In this document: positions 52,896-62,501 of the stretch, piece by piece
Position numbering within the stretch: position 1 is the first letter of the stretch
Layout of the letters: each line of letters begins with the position of its first letter
Assembly (NCBI GenBank): GCA_963822965.1
Contig: CAWGJT010000012.1
Location: 475,992-539,991 of the forward strand
Length of the DNA: 64,000 bases
Reading direction: 5' to 3'
Origin: an uncultured delta proteobacterium
GTDB lineage: Bacteria; Myxococcota_A; UBA9160; UBA4427
The notes under the pieces: model-generated
What the model saw: only the letters and a program-made list of their open reading frames with translations
What the model was told of the DNA's origin: nothing
Database searches by the model: none
Position numbers and translations under genes: made by a program

Positions 52896-53824
52896 GCGAG
52901 CCGACGGGAACCCACCGGGAGACCGCCTTCCGCAGCATCAAGGACCTGCCCTCGACGCACCTGATGGGCGCGGGAACGGCGATGTGCGGCGGCTGCGGCG
53001 GCCTCGCCGCCGTGCACGAGATCTACGACGTGCTCGGTCCGAACACGGTCTTCGTGAATGCGGCAGGCTGCATGACCCTGCTGAGCGTCTATCCCTTCAC
53101 GCCGTTCCGCGGCTCGTGGCTCTACACGGCGATGGCCTCGGCGCCGGCCGGGGCCCAGGGGGTACGGGACGCCCTCGACATCCTGCTCGCCAAGGGCCGC
53201 ATCCCCGGCTCCGAGGATCTGCAGGTCGTCACCCTGATGGGGGACGGCGCCGCCAACGGCATGGCGCTCTCGGCCACCTCCGGAGCCATCGACCGCGGGC
53301 TCGACTTCCTGTGCATCTGCTACGACAACGAGGGCTACGGCAACACCGGGCAGCAGAGCTCCGAGGCCACGCCCCACGGCGCGCGCACCGCCACCGAGGG
53401 CGGCGCGGGTCACCCCGGACGCAAGAAGGATCTGTTCGGCATGTGGCTGGCGAATCGTCCCGCCTACGCGGCCACGGTGATCGCCGCCGAGCCCCTGGAC
53501 CTGGCCCGCAAGATCGAGAAGGCGAAGCAGGTCCGCGGTCCCCGCATGATCCTGGCGCTGGCCCCCTGCCCCACCGGCTGGGGCTTCGACCCGAAGGACT
53601 CCATCGAGATCGGCCGGCTGGCCGTCCGCACCGGCATCTGGCCCCTCAAGGAGTACGCCGACGGCACCCTCACCCACACCAAGGTGCGCCACCCGCGGCT
53701 TCCCGTGGAGCGCTACCTCGAGACCCAGGAGCGCTTCCGCCACCTCTTCGAGCCCCGGGTCGACACCCGGGCCATCGCCGACATCCAGGCCCACGTGGAC
53801 GCCTACTGGGAGCGCGCCCAGTAG
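52892..53824 (+). CDS. porB: 2-oxoacid (pyruvate-type):ferredoxin oxidoreductase beta subunit
   Basis: CGGCG; GDG...YDNEGYGNTGQQ (TPP-binding); PCPTGW. Confidence 0.9.
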   Translation: MSEPTGTHRETAFRSIKDLPSTHLMGAGTAMCGGCGGLAAVHEIYDVLGPNTVFVNAAGCMTLLSVYPFTPFRGSWLYTAMASAPAGAQGVRDALDILLAKGRIPGSEDLQVVTLMGDGAANGMALSATSGAIDRGLDFLCICYDNEGYGNTGQQSSEATPHGARTATEGGAGHPGRKKDLFGMWLANRPAYAATVIAAEPLDLARKIEKAKQVRGPRMILALAPCPTGWGFDPKDSIEIGRLAVRTGIWPLKEYADGTLTHTKVRHPRLPVERYLETQERFRHLFEPRVDTRAIADIQAHVDAYWERAQ

Positions 53825-54013
53825 CGCCCGGCCGGCACCCCTGGCGGGCAACGCCCGACCCGCCGGGCACTCCCGGGCGCCTCCGCCGGGCGCTCAGGCA
53901 ATCATCAGCTTCTGTTCAAGCAAGCGGGCGGCCTTGGGTGCAGGATGCGGGTGGTCGCCATCCCCCGATGCGGGATGGGACCGGGGGGCAGCAGCCTCCC
54001 CGGAGGTGGACCC

Positions 54014-54992
54014 ATGGCGCGTCCGAGACCGCACCGCTTCGAGTCGCTGGCGATGGCCCTCGCCGTCTGGCTCTCGCTGGCCGGCGCGGCTGCGGCGGAC
54101 GAGCTGGCGGCGTCCCCCGACGTGACCGTCGAGCTGTCGGGCACCCCCGTCTTCGACCGCGAGGTGGCGCACGACGCCGGCGCCATCGCGATCGAGGACT
54201 TCGGCGGCCTGCCGGACGGGATCGACGTCGGCGCCTATCACGTCGAGCCGGGTGGAGGCGTTCTCTTCGCCGTGGACGTCACCGTGGCCCTGCCGGGCGG
54301 GCTCGTCGTGACACCCCGGGACGTCGCGCGTCTCGAAGGCGGCCTCTACACGATTGCCTTCGACGGCGCCGCCGCGGGGATCCCCGACGGCGTTCGCGTG
54401 GACGCCGTCGGCCGCACGAGCGCCGGCGACCTGCTGCTCTCCTTCGACACGACGGTCGATCTCGGCGGTGTCGTGGACGACGAGGACCTGGTCTCCTTCG
54501 ATGGACTCGTCTTCGGGGCGGTGCTGGACGGCAGTGCCCTCGGTCTCGACCCCGCGCTCGACCTCGACGCCGCGAGCGACCTGGGCGGCGGGAGCTACGC
54601 GATCTCCTTCGACGGGTCGGGAAGCCTCGGGGGGGTCGCCTTCGACGACGAGGACGTGCTTCGCGTGGATCCCGGCGGTCCGCTCGTCGCGATGCTCTTC
54701 GACGCCTCGGCGCAGCACGCCGAGTGGAGCGCCGCAGACGTGGACGCCGTCTGGGTCCCCGAGCCGGGTCGGCTCGGGGGGCTCGCGGCGGGAGGCGGAT
54801 TGCTCGCCCTGCTCTCCCGACGTCGCAAGCCCGGCGTCGCAAGCCCGGCGTCGCAAGCCCGGCGTCGCAAGCGCCGGCCCCGAGGCCGAAGCCTCCGACT
54901 TCGACCTCGGGAGCCTGCGCGGCCCGCTGCCGCGCACGCACCCGAACCCGCCACGAAGGAGGCATACATGCGGTATACGGCCCGGATCCTGA
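54014..54992 (+). CDS. Secreted acidic repeat protein with PEP-CTERM; 3' end depends on the 14-bp repeat (no stop in the current frame before the next gene)
   Basis: GGAGG RBS; signal peptide; repeated SFD/DEDL/DA motifs; VPEPGRLGGLAAGGGLLALLSRRRK. Confidence 0.75.
54821..54872. repeat. Tandem repeat (CGTCGCAAGCCCGG)x3 plus a partial copy
   Basis: Read directly; the 14-bp unit is not a multiple of 3. Confidence 0.95.
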
Positions 54993-56032
54993 GCTCCCTG
55001 TGCGTCTCGACGGCGCTGCTCGCGCCCGTCTCCGCCCGGGCGGTGGACGGTGTCATCGAGATCAACCAGACGCGCGCGCTGGCGGGCGGCGTCATCCCCG
55101 TCGACGGGCCGGGCTTCCCCGTCACCATCGGAAGCGGCAGCTATCGGCTCACCGGCGACCTCGTCGTCGCGAACGAGAACGAGACCGCCATCGAGGTCGT
55201 CGATTCGTACACCACGATCGACCTGAACGGCTTCCGCATCATGGGTCCGAACCGCTGCTTCGGCTCACCCTCCGAGGTGGTGTGCATCGCGCCGGGCTCC
55301 GGCATCGGCATCTACGCCGACCCCGTGGCGCGCTTCACCACGGTGAGGAACGGCGTCGTCACCGGAATGGGGTCGCACGGAATCGACCTCAACCAGGGAT
55401 CCCACGTGGAGGGACTGCTGGTGCAGAGCAACGGCGGCGACGGCGTGCGGATGGAGGGCCGGAGCCTGGTCGTCGACACGCGCATCCTCGACCAGGGCGG
55501 CACGGGGCTGCGGGCGCTGGCGTTTCCGGTGCACTTCCGGGGCACCACCATCGCGGGCACCGGAGGCGTGCCGAGCTACGTGGACGCCACCGAGATGGGA
55601 GGCAACCACTGCTTCGACGGGCTCTGCTCCGCGGTGCCCAAGCGGCGCTTCTATCTCTCCCAGGACAGCCATGCGGCCACCGACGCGCCTACCGCCTGCG
55701 ACCCGGGCTTCCACTTCTCCACCCTGTCGGAGATGGTCCAGCCCGCGTCGCTGCAGTACGACGTCACCCGCGGCAAGACCCTGGCCGACTCGGGCCGCGG
55801 CGCTCCCGCGGCGAGGTTCGGCTGGGTGCGAACGGGAGGCGACGCGTCCAGCTCGAACCTGCTGGGGGACGGCAACTGCGAGGCCTGGAGCACGAACAGC
55901 GGCGCCAGTCGGGGGACCCTGGTCTTCATCAAGCACGACTGGGAGATCTCGGCCGTGGACCCCCGCTGGATCTGGTATTCCGACATCGGACAGTGCTCGG
56001 CGACGGCCTCTGTCTGGTGCGTGCAGGACTGA
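54968..56032 (+). CDS. Secreted beta-helix-like protein with Cys-rich C-terminal (lectin-like) domain
   Basis: AAGGAGG RBS + ATG; signal peptide; AVDGVIEINQ...PVTI..GSYRLTGDL, TIDLNGF; C-terminal C...GFH...NC.AW...C....VWCV. Confidence 0.75.
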   Translation: MRYTARILSSLCVSTALLAPVSARAVDGVIEINQTRALAGGVIPVDGPGFPVTIGSGSYRLTGDLVVANENETAIEVVDSYTTIDLNGFRIMGPNRCFGSPSEVVCIAPGSGIGIYADPVARFTTVRNGVVTGMGSHGIDLNQGSHVEGLLVQSNGGDGVRMEGRSLVVDTRILDQGGTGLRALAFPVHFRGTTIAGTGGVPSYVDATEMGGNHCFDGLCSAVPKRRFYLSQDSHAATDAPTACDPGFHFSTLSEMVQPASLQYDVTRGKTLADSGRGAPAARFGWVRTGGDASSSNLLGDGNCEAWSTNSGASRGTLVFIKHDWEISAVDPRWIWYSDIGQCSATASVWCVQD

Positions 56033-56035
56033 GCC

Positions 56036-57049
56036 ATGACGCGATCGAACCGCTCACACCAACGCGCTGGATTCACCCTGATCGAGCTGCTCGTCGTGAT
56101 CGCGATCATCGGCGTGCTGGAGGCGCTGTTGCTGCCGGCGGTCCAGTCCCCGCGGATCCGGGAGCACCAGGCGACGGCTCTGGCCGGCCTCCGGGCCATC
56201 GAGGAAGCCCAGAGGCTCTTCCGTTCCCGCGACGCCGATGGCGACGGCATCGACGACTACGGCAGCCTTTCGGAGCTGGGTGCCGCGGGCCTGATCGACC
56301 CGGATCTCGCCGCGGGCCTGGTCGAGGTCTACGCGTTCGCGGTCATCCCTCGTCCGCCGCCTTCGCCGGGCTTCGACGTGCGGGCGGTTCCCGTCTCGAC
56401 GAGTGCGGCACGGCTGCGCTTCTACGCGAACGAGGTCGGCGTCGAGACCTGGAGCGAAACGGGCACGCCGGGTCCCGACTCGACGCCTCTCCAGCCCGGC
56501 GACGAGAACACGGTGCCGGCCGACCCCGTCGGCGACCAGATGCTCGCAAGCGCCGCCTACCAGGCACTGACCGGGACGAATGCCCTCGCTGGCGCGGACC
56601 TCACGCCCGAAGCGCTGGACCTGCTCGCCGCGGAGGACCCGATTCCCCACGTGCTGTCGGCGCTCGACGGCAACGGGGACGGCCGGCTGGGCTTCGAGGA
56701 GATGCTCTCCGCCGACCTGCTGAGCGTTGCGCGCCAGGTGGTCGACGGGCTGGGGCTCGCCCCCGGCCCCGACCTCGGCAACGACGACGAGCTGCGCTCG
56801 ATCCTCGAGGGCTACCAGGCGGACGTCCACGCGATCCTCGAGCTCGATCTCGACGCGCCCCAGCCGGACGTGCTGGTGAGCGACCTTCCCATGGACGAGG
56901 GGCCCGTGGTGGCCTTCCTGCAGGCCTTGCAGGGAGGGGTGTCGGTGCCCGCACTCGGCGCTCCGGGCCGAGCCCTGGCCGTCCTCGCCCTGGTCGCGGT
57001 GGCCGAGATCGCGCGCAGGAGGCGGTCGGCGGGCCCGACGGCGGCCTAG
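56036..57049 (+). CDS. Prepilin-type N-terminal cleavage/methylation protein with C-terminal IPTL-CTERM-like tail
   Basis: AG|FTLIELLVVIAIIG; DADGDG and DGNGDG loops; VPALGAPGRALAVLALVAVAEIARRRR. Confidence 0.75.
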   Translation: MTRSNRSHQRAGFTLIELLVVIAIIGVLEALLLPAVQSPRIREHQATALAGLRAIEEAQRLFRSRDADGDGIDDYGSLSELGAAGLIDPDLAAGLVEVYAFAVIPRPPPSPGFDVRAVPVSTSAARLRFYANEVGVETWSETGTPGPDSTPLQPGDENTVPADPVGDQMLASAAYQALTGTNALAGADLTPEALDLLAAEDPIPHVLSALDGNGDGRLGFEEMLSADLLSVARQVVDGLGLAPGPDLGNDDELRSILEGYQADVHAILELDLDAPQPDVLVSDLPMDEGPVVAFLQALQGGVSVPALGAPGRALAVLALVAVAEIARRRRSAGPTAA

Positions 57050-57192
57050 CGGGACGCCCGGGCTTCGAGCACAGGGGGGCCGGGGGGAAGGGGGTTGCCG
57101 CCCCCAGGCGGCTGGAGTCTCGCGCCGTTCTGGCCGATGCTGTGGTCCCTTCGCCGTCGAAGACAGACCCACAGAAGCCCGAGGAGCCCCCC

Positions 57193-58068
57193 GTGACCCA
57201 GGCCGACACCACCCGCGCCTACCTCTGCGCCGAAGTCGAGCGTCTCGAGCCCCTCGAGTTCGTGGCCGTCGTTCCCACCGGCAGCCCGCTGCACATCGTC
57301 GAGATCGGTCGCAGCGAGGAGAACGAGCTGACGGTCGGCGTGCCGGGCCGCCCGCCCTTCGCCCCGGAGCTGCCCGTGCCCGTGCGCACGGCCCTGCGCG
57401 AGCGCGGCTTCGCGTCGGAGGATGCAGCCAATCGCACGCTTCCCTGGACGCACCCGGCGGAGAACGTGGAGTCCGGCGTCGGCCTCGCCCTGCGCGTGCT
57501 GCAGGAGGTCTTCGAGGCCAAGCCCGACCAGGCCTTCGACGTCTTCCACGGCAGCCACAAGAGCGAGGTCGAGGCGCGCAAGAAGCTCGCCTTCGTGCGC
57601 GAACGCCTCGAGCGTCTCCTCACCGAGATCATCGAGAAGAAGCCCGAGCAGGACGCCGACGGTGACTTCCAGCTCCCGCTCGGCGACGTGCGCGTGACCG
57701 TCGCGCCGCGCGCCATCCCGGCCGGCCCGGTCATCGTGCGCGTCTTCGCCGTCACCAACGTGAACGTGAACGTCGCCCCGGAGCTCGGTCTCTTCCTGGC
57801 ACGCCTCAACTTCGGGCTGATGTTCGGCCGCTTCGCGCTCGACACCGAGCACCGGGCCATCTGGTTCGACGAGACGCTGCTGGGCGAGCAGTTCAGCGAC
57901 GAGGAGCTGCGCTTCGCGGTCCGCGTCGTCTCCACCACCGCCGACGAGTGGGACGACCGCCTGAAGCAGATGTTCGGCGGCGCCACCTACCAGGAGGTGA
58001 TCACCGCCCGCGCGAACGGGAACGAGCCCCCCGTGAAGCCCGGCGAGGGCCCGGGCATGTACCTGTGA
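57193..58068 (+). CDS. YbjN/T3SS-chaperone-fold domain protein with extra N-terminal domain
   Basis: GAGGAG RBS + GTG; DADGDF...LARLN..LMFGRF...ADEWDDRLKQMFGG. Confidence 0.72.
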   Translation: MTQADTTRAYLCAEVERLEPLEFVAVVPTGSPLHIVEIGRSEENELTVGVPGRPPFAPELPVPVRTALRERGFASEDAANRTLPWTHPAENVESGVGLALRVLQEVFEAKPDQAFDVFHGSHKSEVEARKKLAFVRERLERLLTEIIEKKPEQDADGDFQLPLGDVRVTVAPRAIPAGPVIVRVFAVTNVNVNVAPELGLFLARLNFGLMFGRFALDTEHRAIWFDETLLGEQFSDEELRFAVRVVSTTADEWDDRLKQMFGGATYQEVITARANGNEPPVKPGEGPGMYL

Positions 58069-58772
58069 CCCAGGTGGCTCCGTCGCGGGCAGGCGTCGAA
58101 CACCTGACCCGCCCGACCCCCGTCATCGACTCCGAGCACCCGGACGTCGTGGCCTTCGCCCGCCGGCACGCGGCGGGCTCGACGGACGAGGTCGAGACCG
58201 CGGTGCGCGTCTACTACGCCGTCCGGGACGGCGTGCGCTACGACCCGTACGGGGCGCTGCTCAGCGTCGAAGGGCTGCGGGCCTCGACGACCCTGGCCGC
58301 GGCACGCGGCTGGTGCGTCGCCAAGGCCGTGCTGCTCGCCGCCTGCTACCGGACGCTGGGACTCCCGGCGCGCCTCGGCTTCGCGGACGTGCGCAATCAC
58401 CTCTCGACCGCGAACCTGCGCGCGTCCATGCAGACCGACCTCTTCTACTGGCACGGCTACACGTCCGTACACCTGGAAGGGCGCTGGGTGAAGGCCACGC
58501 CGGCCTTCAACATCGAGCTGTGCGAGAAGTTCGGCTTCCTGCCGCTCGACTTCGACGGCCGCAACGACTCGCTCTACCACCCCTTCGACGCCGAGGGGAA
58601 GCGTCACATGGAGTACGTGAACGAGCGCGGCGAGTACGACGACGCCCCCCTCGAAGAAATGGTGGCGACCTTCCGGGAGAAGTACCCGCGGATGACGGGA
58701 CCGGACGGCCGTTCCTTCGCCGCACGCGGCGACTTCGACGCCGAGGTGGAGGCCGAGGTCGCGCGGCGCTAG
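58065..58772 (+). CDS. Transglutaminase-like family protein
   Basis: VRDGVRYDPY; GWCVAKA; HGY; W.KATPAF; GTGA overlap with the upstream gene. Confidence 0.88.
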   Translation: MTQVAPSRAGVEHLTRPTPVIDSEHPDVVAFARRHAAGSTDEVETAVRVYYAVRDGVRYDPYGALLSVEGLRASTTLAAARGWCVAKAVLLAACYRTLGLPARLGFADVRNHLSTANLRASMQTDLFYWHGYTSVHLEGRWVKATPAFNIELCEKFGFLPLDFDGRNDSLYHPFDAEGKRHMEYVNERGEYDDAPLEEMVATFREKYPRMTGPDGRSFAARGDFDAEVEAEVARR

Positions 58773-58799
58773 CGGCCCGGCGCGGGAGGGCCATCTCCG

Positions 58800-59462
58800 A
58801 TGGTGAGCGAGCGTCGGGGACCGAAGGCGTGGTTCTTCGACCTGTGGTCGCGGGGGTACGACGCGCCGGTCGTGCAGCGGCTCACCTACCGCCCGGTCCA
58901 GGACGCCGTGATGCGGGAGCTCGACCGGTCGCGGCCGGGACGGGTGCTCGACATCGGCTGCGGCACCGGGCTCCTGACCGCGCGCCTGCGGGACGCCCTG
59001 GGGCCCCGGGCGATCGTCGGCTGCGACTTCTCCCAGGGCATGCTGCGCCGGGCGGCGGAGAAGCGTCCCGACGTTCCGTGGGTGCGCGGGAACGCGGTGC
59101 GTCTCCCCTTCGAGGCCGGGAGCTTCGGAACCGTCGTCTCGACCGAGGCCTTCCACTGGTTTCCCGACCAGGACGCCGCCCTGGCCGAGGTGTTCCGGGT
59201 GCTGGAGCCGCAGGGGCGGCTCCTCCTCGCCCTCATCAACCCGTCCACCGAGTGGCTCGCGCGCGCCGCCGGGACGGGATCTCGCCTGATCGGCGAGCCG
59301 GCCCACTGGCCCACCCGCGCGCAGCTGCGCCGTCGCGCAGAGGCGGCGGGCTTCCGGGTGGACGCGCAACGCACGGTCTTCCGCCTGCCCGCGCCGCTGC
59401 TCCTGCCGTGCGTCCTGATGGTGGCCGTCCGCCCGCCGCGGGAGAACGCTCCGGATCGCTAG
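58800..59462 (+). CDS. Class I SAM-dependent methyltransferase
   Basis: VLDIGCGTG; LPF; AFHWFPD; RVLEPQG. Confidence 0.88.
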   Translation: MVSERRGPKAWFFDLWSRGYDAPVVQRLTYRPVQDAVMRELDRSRPGRVLDIGCGTGLLTARLRDALGPRAIVGCDFSQGMLRRAAEKRPDVPWVRGNAVRLPFEAGSFGTVVSTEAFHWFPDQDAALAEVFRVLEPQGRLLLALINPSTEWLARAAGTGSRLIGEPAHWPTRAQLRRRAEAAGFRVDAQRTVFRLPAPLLLPCVLMVAVRPPRENAPDR

Positions 59463-59509
59463 GCCTGCCGGGCTCTGCGGTACGCGGGAAGCTCGAACAA
59501 TGGCGGGCG

Positions 59510-61057
59510 CTAGACCCGCCCCTCCCACACCTCCCGCTCGGAGGAGCCGGGGTCGTCGTCGACCGCCACCTCCCGGCCGAGGCGCATGGTGGCACGACGC
59601 TCGACGTCGTAGACCGGCCAGTGGCCGGCCGGGAGGCCCGGGTGCGACGGGTCGCCGCTGCGGGCGAAGGCGAGCCAGGCGTCCATCGTGGTCCCGGCGA
59701 GCCGGTCGGCCTCGGGGCCCGCACCGACGAACATCTCGCCGCCCTCCATGCCGGTCTGGCCGAAGACGAACGGGAGCTCGATGGCGTGGCAGGCGCCGAG
59801 CGCGCCGCCCATGGCGGGCGACGCCCAGGTGAACTCGTACATGAACACGCGTCCTTCGTGCCGCTGCTGGGCCTCGGCCACGCGCACCGCCGGGATGCGG
59901 AACACGCGATCGGTCTCGAGGGCGAAGAAGAGGTCCTTGGGCGAGGCACCCGGACGAGCGCCGCGGTAGGCCGTGAGGACGCGCTGCGCCGCCTCCGCGT
60001 CGCCGTCGAGCTGCGCGGAGAGCCGCTTCACGAGGCTGGGCTCGTCGAGCTTCGCGAGGTCGGGGTCGAGAAAGCCGAAGAGCTTCCACTCGTCGCTCGC
60101 GGTCCCGATCAGCAGGTCCACGCCGTCCGCGTGACCGTCCCGCACCGCCGCGAGCGGCGGCTCGGGCAGCGAGTCCCCGTCCACCAGCGGCTGGAAGGCC
60201 AGCAGGCCGAGCGTGGTGCCGAGCTTCAGCACCGTCTGCTGGTGCGTGTCCAGCAGCTTGTCGGGCGGCAGCGCGCGCAGCGCACCCGTCGCCTCGCTTG
60301 GCGCCATGCCGAGCTCCTCCAGGAAGTGGCGCGCCACCTCCGTGGCCGTCTCGCGCGTGTGCACGTTGTGGGCGGCGCCGCTCTGCAGGATGGCGCGGCG
60401 GAAGAGCGCGCGCGCCGAGGGCATGCCGAGGAGCGTCCCCACGCTCATGCCGCCCGCCGACTCGCCGAAGATCGTCACGTTGTCGGGGTCGCCGCCGAAG
60501 GCCGCGATGTTCTCGCGCACCCACTCGAGGGCGGCCACCTGGTCGCGAATGCCCGCGTTGCCGACGGCGCCCTCGAGGTCGGGGCAGAGATCGGCCAGAT
60601 GCAGAAAGCCCAGGGGACCCAGTCGGTAGTTCACCGTCACCACCACCACGTCGCCCCGGCGCACCAGCGGCCCGCCGTCGTAGATGGCCTGGGAGCCCGA
60701 GCCGATCACGAAGCCGCCGCCGTGGATCCACACCATCACCGGACGCCGCCCGTCGTCCGCCGCCGGCGTATACACGTTCAGGGTCAGGCAGTCCTCGTCC
60801 ATGGCGCCCACGTCCATGCCGGGAAGCGGCAGCAGCATCGGCCGCTGGGGCGCGCTGAAGCCGAAGTCGTGGGCCTTTCGGACGCCCTTCCACGCCTCTT
60901 CCCGAACGGGCGACGCGAACCGAAGCGCGCCCACCGGCGGCCGGGCGAAGGGGATTCCGCGGAAGGTCTGCACGCCGTCGCGCAGGACGCCCTCCAGCTT
61001 GCCGCTGCGCGTGGAGACGATGGGGTTGGACGAGGTCGGCGTGGGGGGCGGGGCCAT
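59510..61057 (-). CDS. Type B carboxylesterase (PnbA-like)
   Basis: FRGIPFA.PP; EDCLTLN; WIHGGGF; FGESAGG; CHAIELPFVF. Confidence 0.95.
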   Translation of the reverse strand: MAPPPTPTSSNPIVSTRSGKLEGVLRDGVQTFRGIPFARPPVGALRFASPVREEAWKGVRKAHDFGFSAPQRPMLLPLPGMDVGAMDEDCLTLNVYTPAADDGRRPVMVWIHGGGFVIGSGSQAIYDGGPLVRRGDVVVVTVNYRLGPLGFLHLADLCPDLEGAVGNAGIRDQVAALEWVRENIAAFGGDPDNVTIFGESAGGMSVGTLLGMPSARALFRRAILQSGAAHNVHTRETATEVARHFLEELGMAPSEATGALRALPPDKLLDTHQQTVLKLGTTLGLLAFQPLVDGDSLPEPPLAAVRDGHADGVDLLIGTASDEWKLFGFLDPDLAKLDEPSLVKRLSAQLDGDAEAAQRVLTAYRGARPGASPKDLFFALETDRVFRIPAVRVAEAQQRHEGRVFMYEFTWASPAMGGALGACHAIELPFVFGQTGMEGGEMFVGAGPEADRLAGTTMDAWLAFARSGDPSHPGLPAGHWPVYDVERRATMRLGREVAVDDDPGSSEREVWEGRV

Positions 61058-61156
61058 GGACGGTCCTCCTGGTGTGGTGCGCGGCCGGAGCTCGCGCCGC
61101 GGGCCGAGAGGATATCGCCTCGCCCGGCGCTCCGGCCATGCGAACGCGCGCCCCCT

Positions 61157-61825
61157 CTAGACGCTGCCGGCCAGGACGAGCTGCGCCGCGTAGTAGAGCG
61201 GCAGCCCCCAGGCGGCGTTCGCGAAGCCCGGGGAGACGAAGCGGTCCCGGGCCACCGACAGGTCGGAGAGCGCGAAGGCGATGGCGCCGGCGGCAACCGC
61301 CGTCGGTCCGCCGCCCGCCGCCGCCCCGATCGAGCACGCGACCATCGCCGAGATCACCACGACGTACGCGCGCACGGGAACCTTCAGGTCGGTCGGCACC
61401 CGGGGGCCGAGCCAGCGAAGCACCGCCCAGGCGAAGGCGACCATCGTCACGGCGGCAACGCCCGCCGCGACCCCGCTCGGATCGAGGCAGAGGAAGCCCA
61501 CTGCATACGCCACGTGGCCGAGCAGGAAGGCCGCGATGCCCACCTGGAAGGCTCGCGCGCTCTCGCGCGGGATCAGCAGCACGTCGCCGCAGGCGCAGAG
61601 CCCCAGGCCCAGCAGCACCAGGCGACCGTAGCCGGTAGCGGTCGCGTCCAGCGCGACAGCCGCCCACAGGAAGCAGCCGGACGCCAGCGGCTTCGCGACC
61701 CAGACCCCGCGGCGCGAGCCGCGCCACTCGGCCACGAGCAGCGCGACGACCGCCACGATGCACGTCGCGATCGGCGGCCCGGCGGGCCCCCGTGTGATTC
61801 CCAGCCAGGCACCCGCCGCGTCCAT
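61157..61825 (-). CDS. Lysoplasmalogenase (YhhN family)
   Basis: AKP; GDVLL; FLLGHVAY; LSDLSVA.DRF; YYAAQ. Confidence 0.88.
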   Translation of the reverse strand: MDAAGAWLGITRGPAGPPIATCIVAVVALLVAEWRGSRRGVWVAKPLASGCFLWAAVALDATATGYGRLVLLGLGLCACGDVLLIPRESARAFQVGIAAFLLGHVAYAVGFLCLDPSGVAAGVAAVTMVAFAWAVLRWLGPRVPTDLKVPVRAYVVVISAMVACSIGAAAGGGPTAVAAGAIAFALSDLSVARDRFVSPGFANAAWGLPLYYAAQLVLAGSV

Positions 61826-62109
61826 GCGCGCGCGATGCTACCACGCGACGACCGCGCGAACGGGCGACGGAGGCGCGCACCTGCAGGGTGAGCTCGACCA
61901 GCGGCGGCCGCCTCCTCCGCCCGGCTCTGCTGTGCGGGACGTCCGGCGTTTCGACCCCTCGCCGCCAGCGACCTCGCCCCGACTGCTCCAGGAGAGCGAT
62001 CCCCCAGGGACCCACCGGTACCCGCTGGCGGCGTCCGCAGCACTCCGGTACAAAGCCCCGACCCTGGGTTCAGGAACGGGCGCCCTGCCCGCCTCCCGAA
62101 AGCCATCGC

Positions 62110-62186
62110 GCGCCGGTAGCTCAGCTGGATAGAGCATCAGGCTTCGAACCTGAGGGTCGGGGGTTCGAATCCCTCCCGGCGCGCCA
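62110..62186 (+). tRNA. tRNA-Arg(UCG)
   Basis: Cloverleaf, anticodon arm TCAGG-CTTCGAA-CCTGA, encoded CCA. Confidence 0.95.
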
Positions 62187-62245
62187 GTTGAATCGCTGCT
62201 CTCTCGGGTAGTTCGGCGCAGGGGCGCCGCCGTGGAGCCCAACGG

Positions 62246-62270
62246 TGACGCCAGTTTTGACGCCAGTTTT
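62246..62270. repeat. Direct repeat (TGACGCCAGTTT)x2 downstream of the tRNA, possible integrase arm-type sites
   Basis: Read directly, about 60 bp after tRNA-Arg. Confidence 0.6.
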
Positions 62271-62501
62271 CGCTCCAACCCGTCTGGGGTCTCTTCTGTC
62301 CCTCGCGTAGCTCTCCCTGGATCGCCTCTCCCAAACCTTCTCTCCTCGGGTAGGGGTGGGTCTTTGCCATGTGGGCGCTCGTGAGCGGCTCTTCGACCGT
62401 CGAAGCGGCCAAGCTCCTTCGAGCGTGAGTACGCTGTGTGCTCGCTCAAGCTCTGGGTGCCCACGCGGAGAGCTTTGGGGCCCTCGGGGCTGCGAGACCC
62501 G

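Noticed and set aside
57074..57106. G-run cluster as a G-quadruplex or regulatory element
   Set aside because: Only three long G-runs, and it can form an ordinary GC hairpin; common in high-GC intergenic DNA
52984..58068. 1694-aa ORF as a giant protein
   Set aside because: Arg/Gly/Pro-rich off-frame translation; only the last ~290 codons (from 57193) are a real gene with its own RBS
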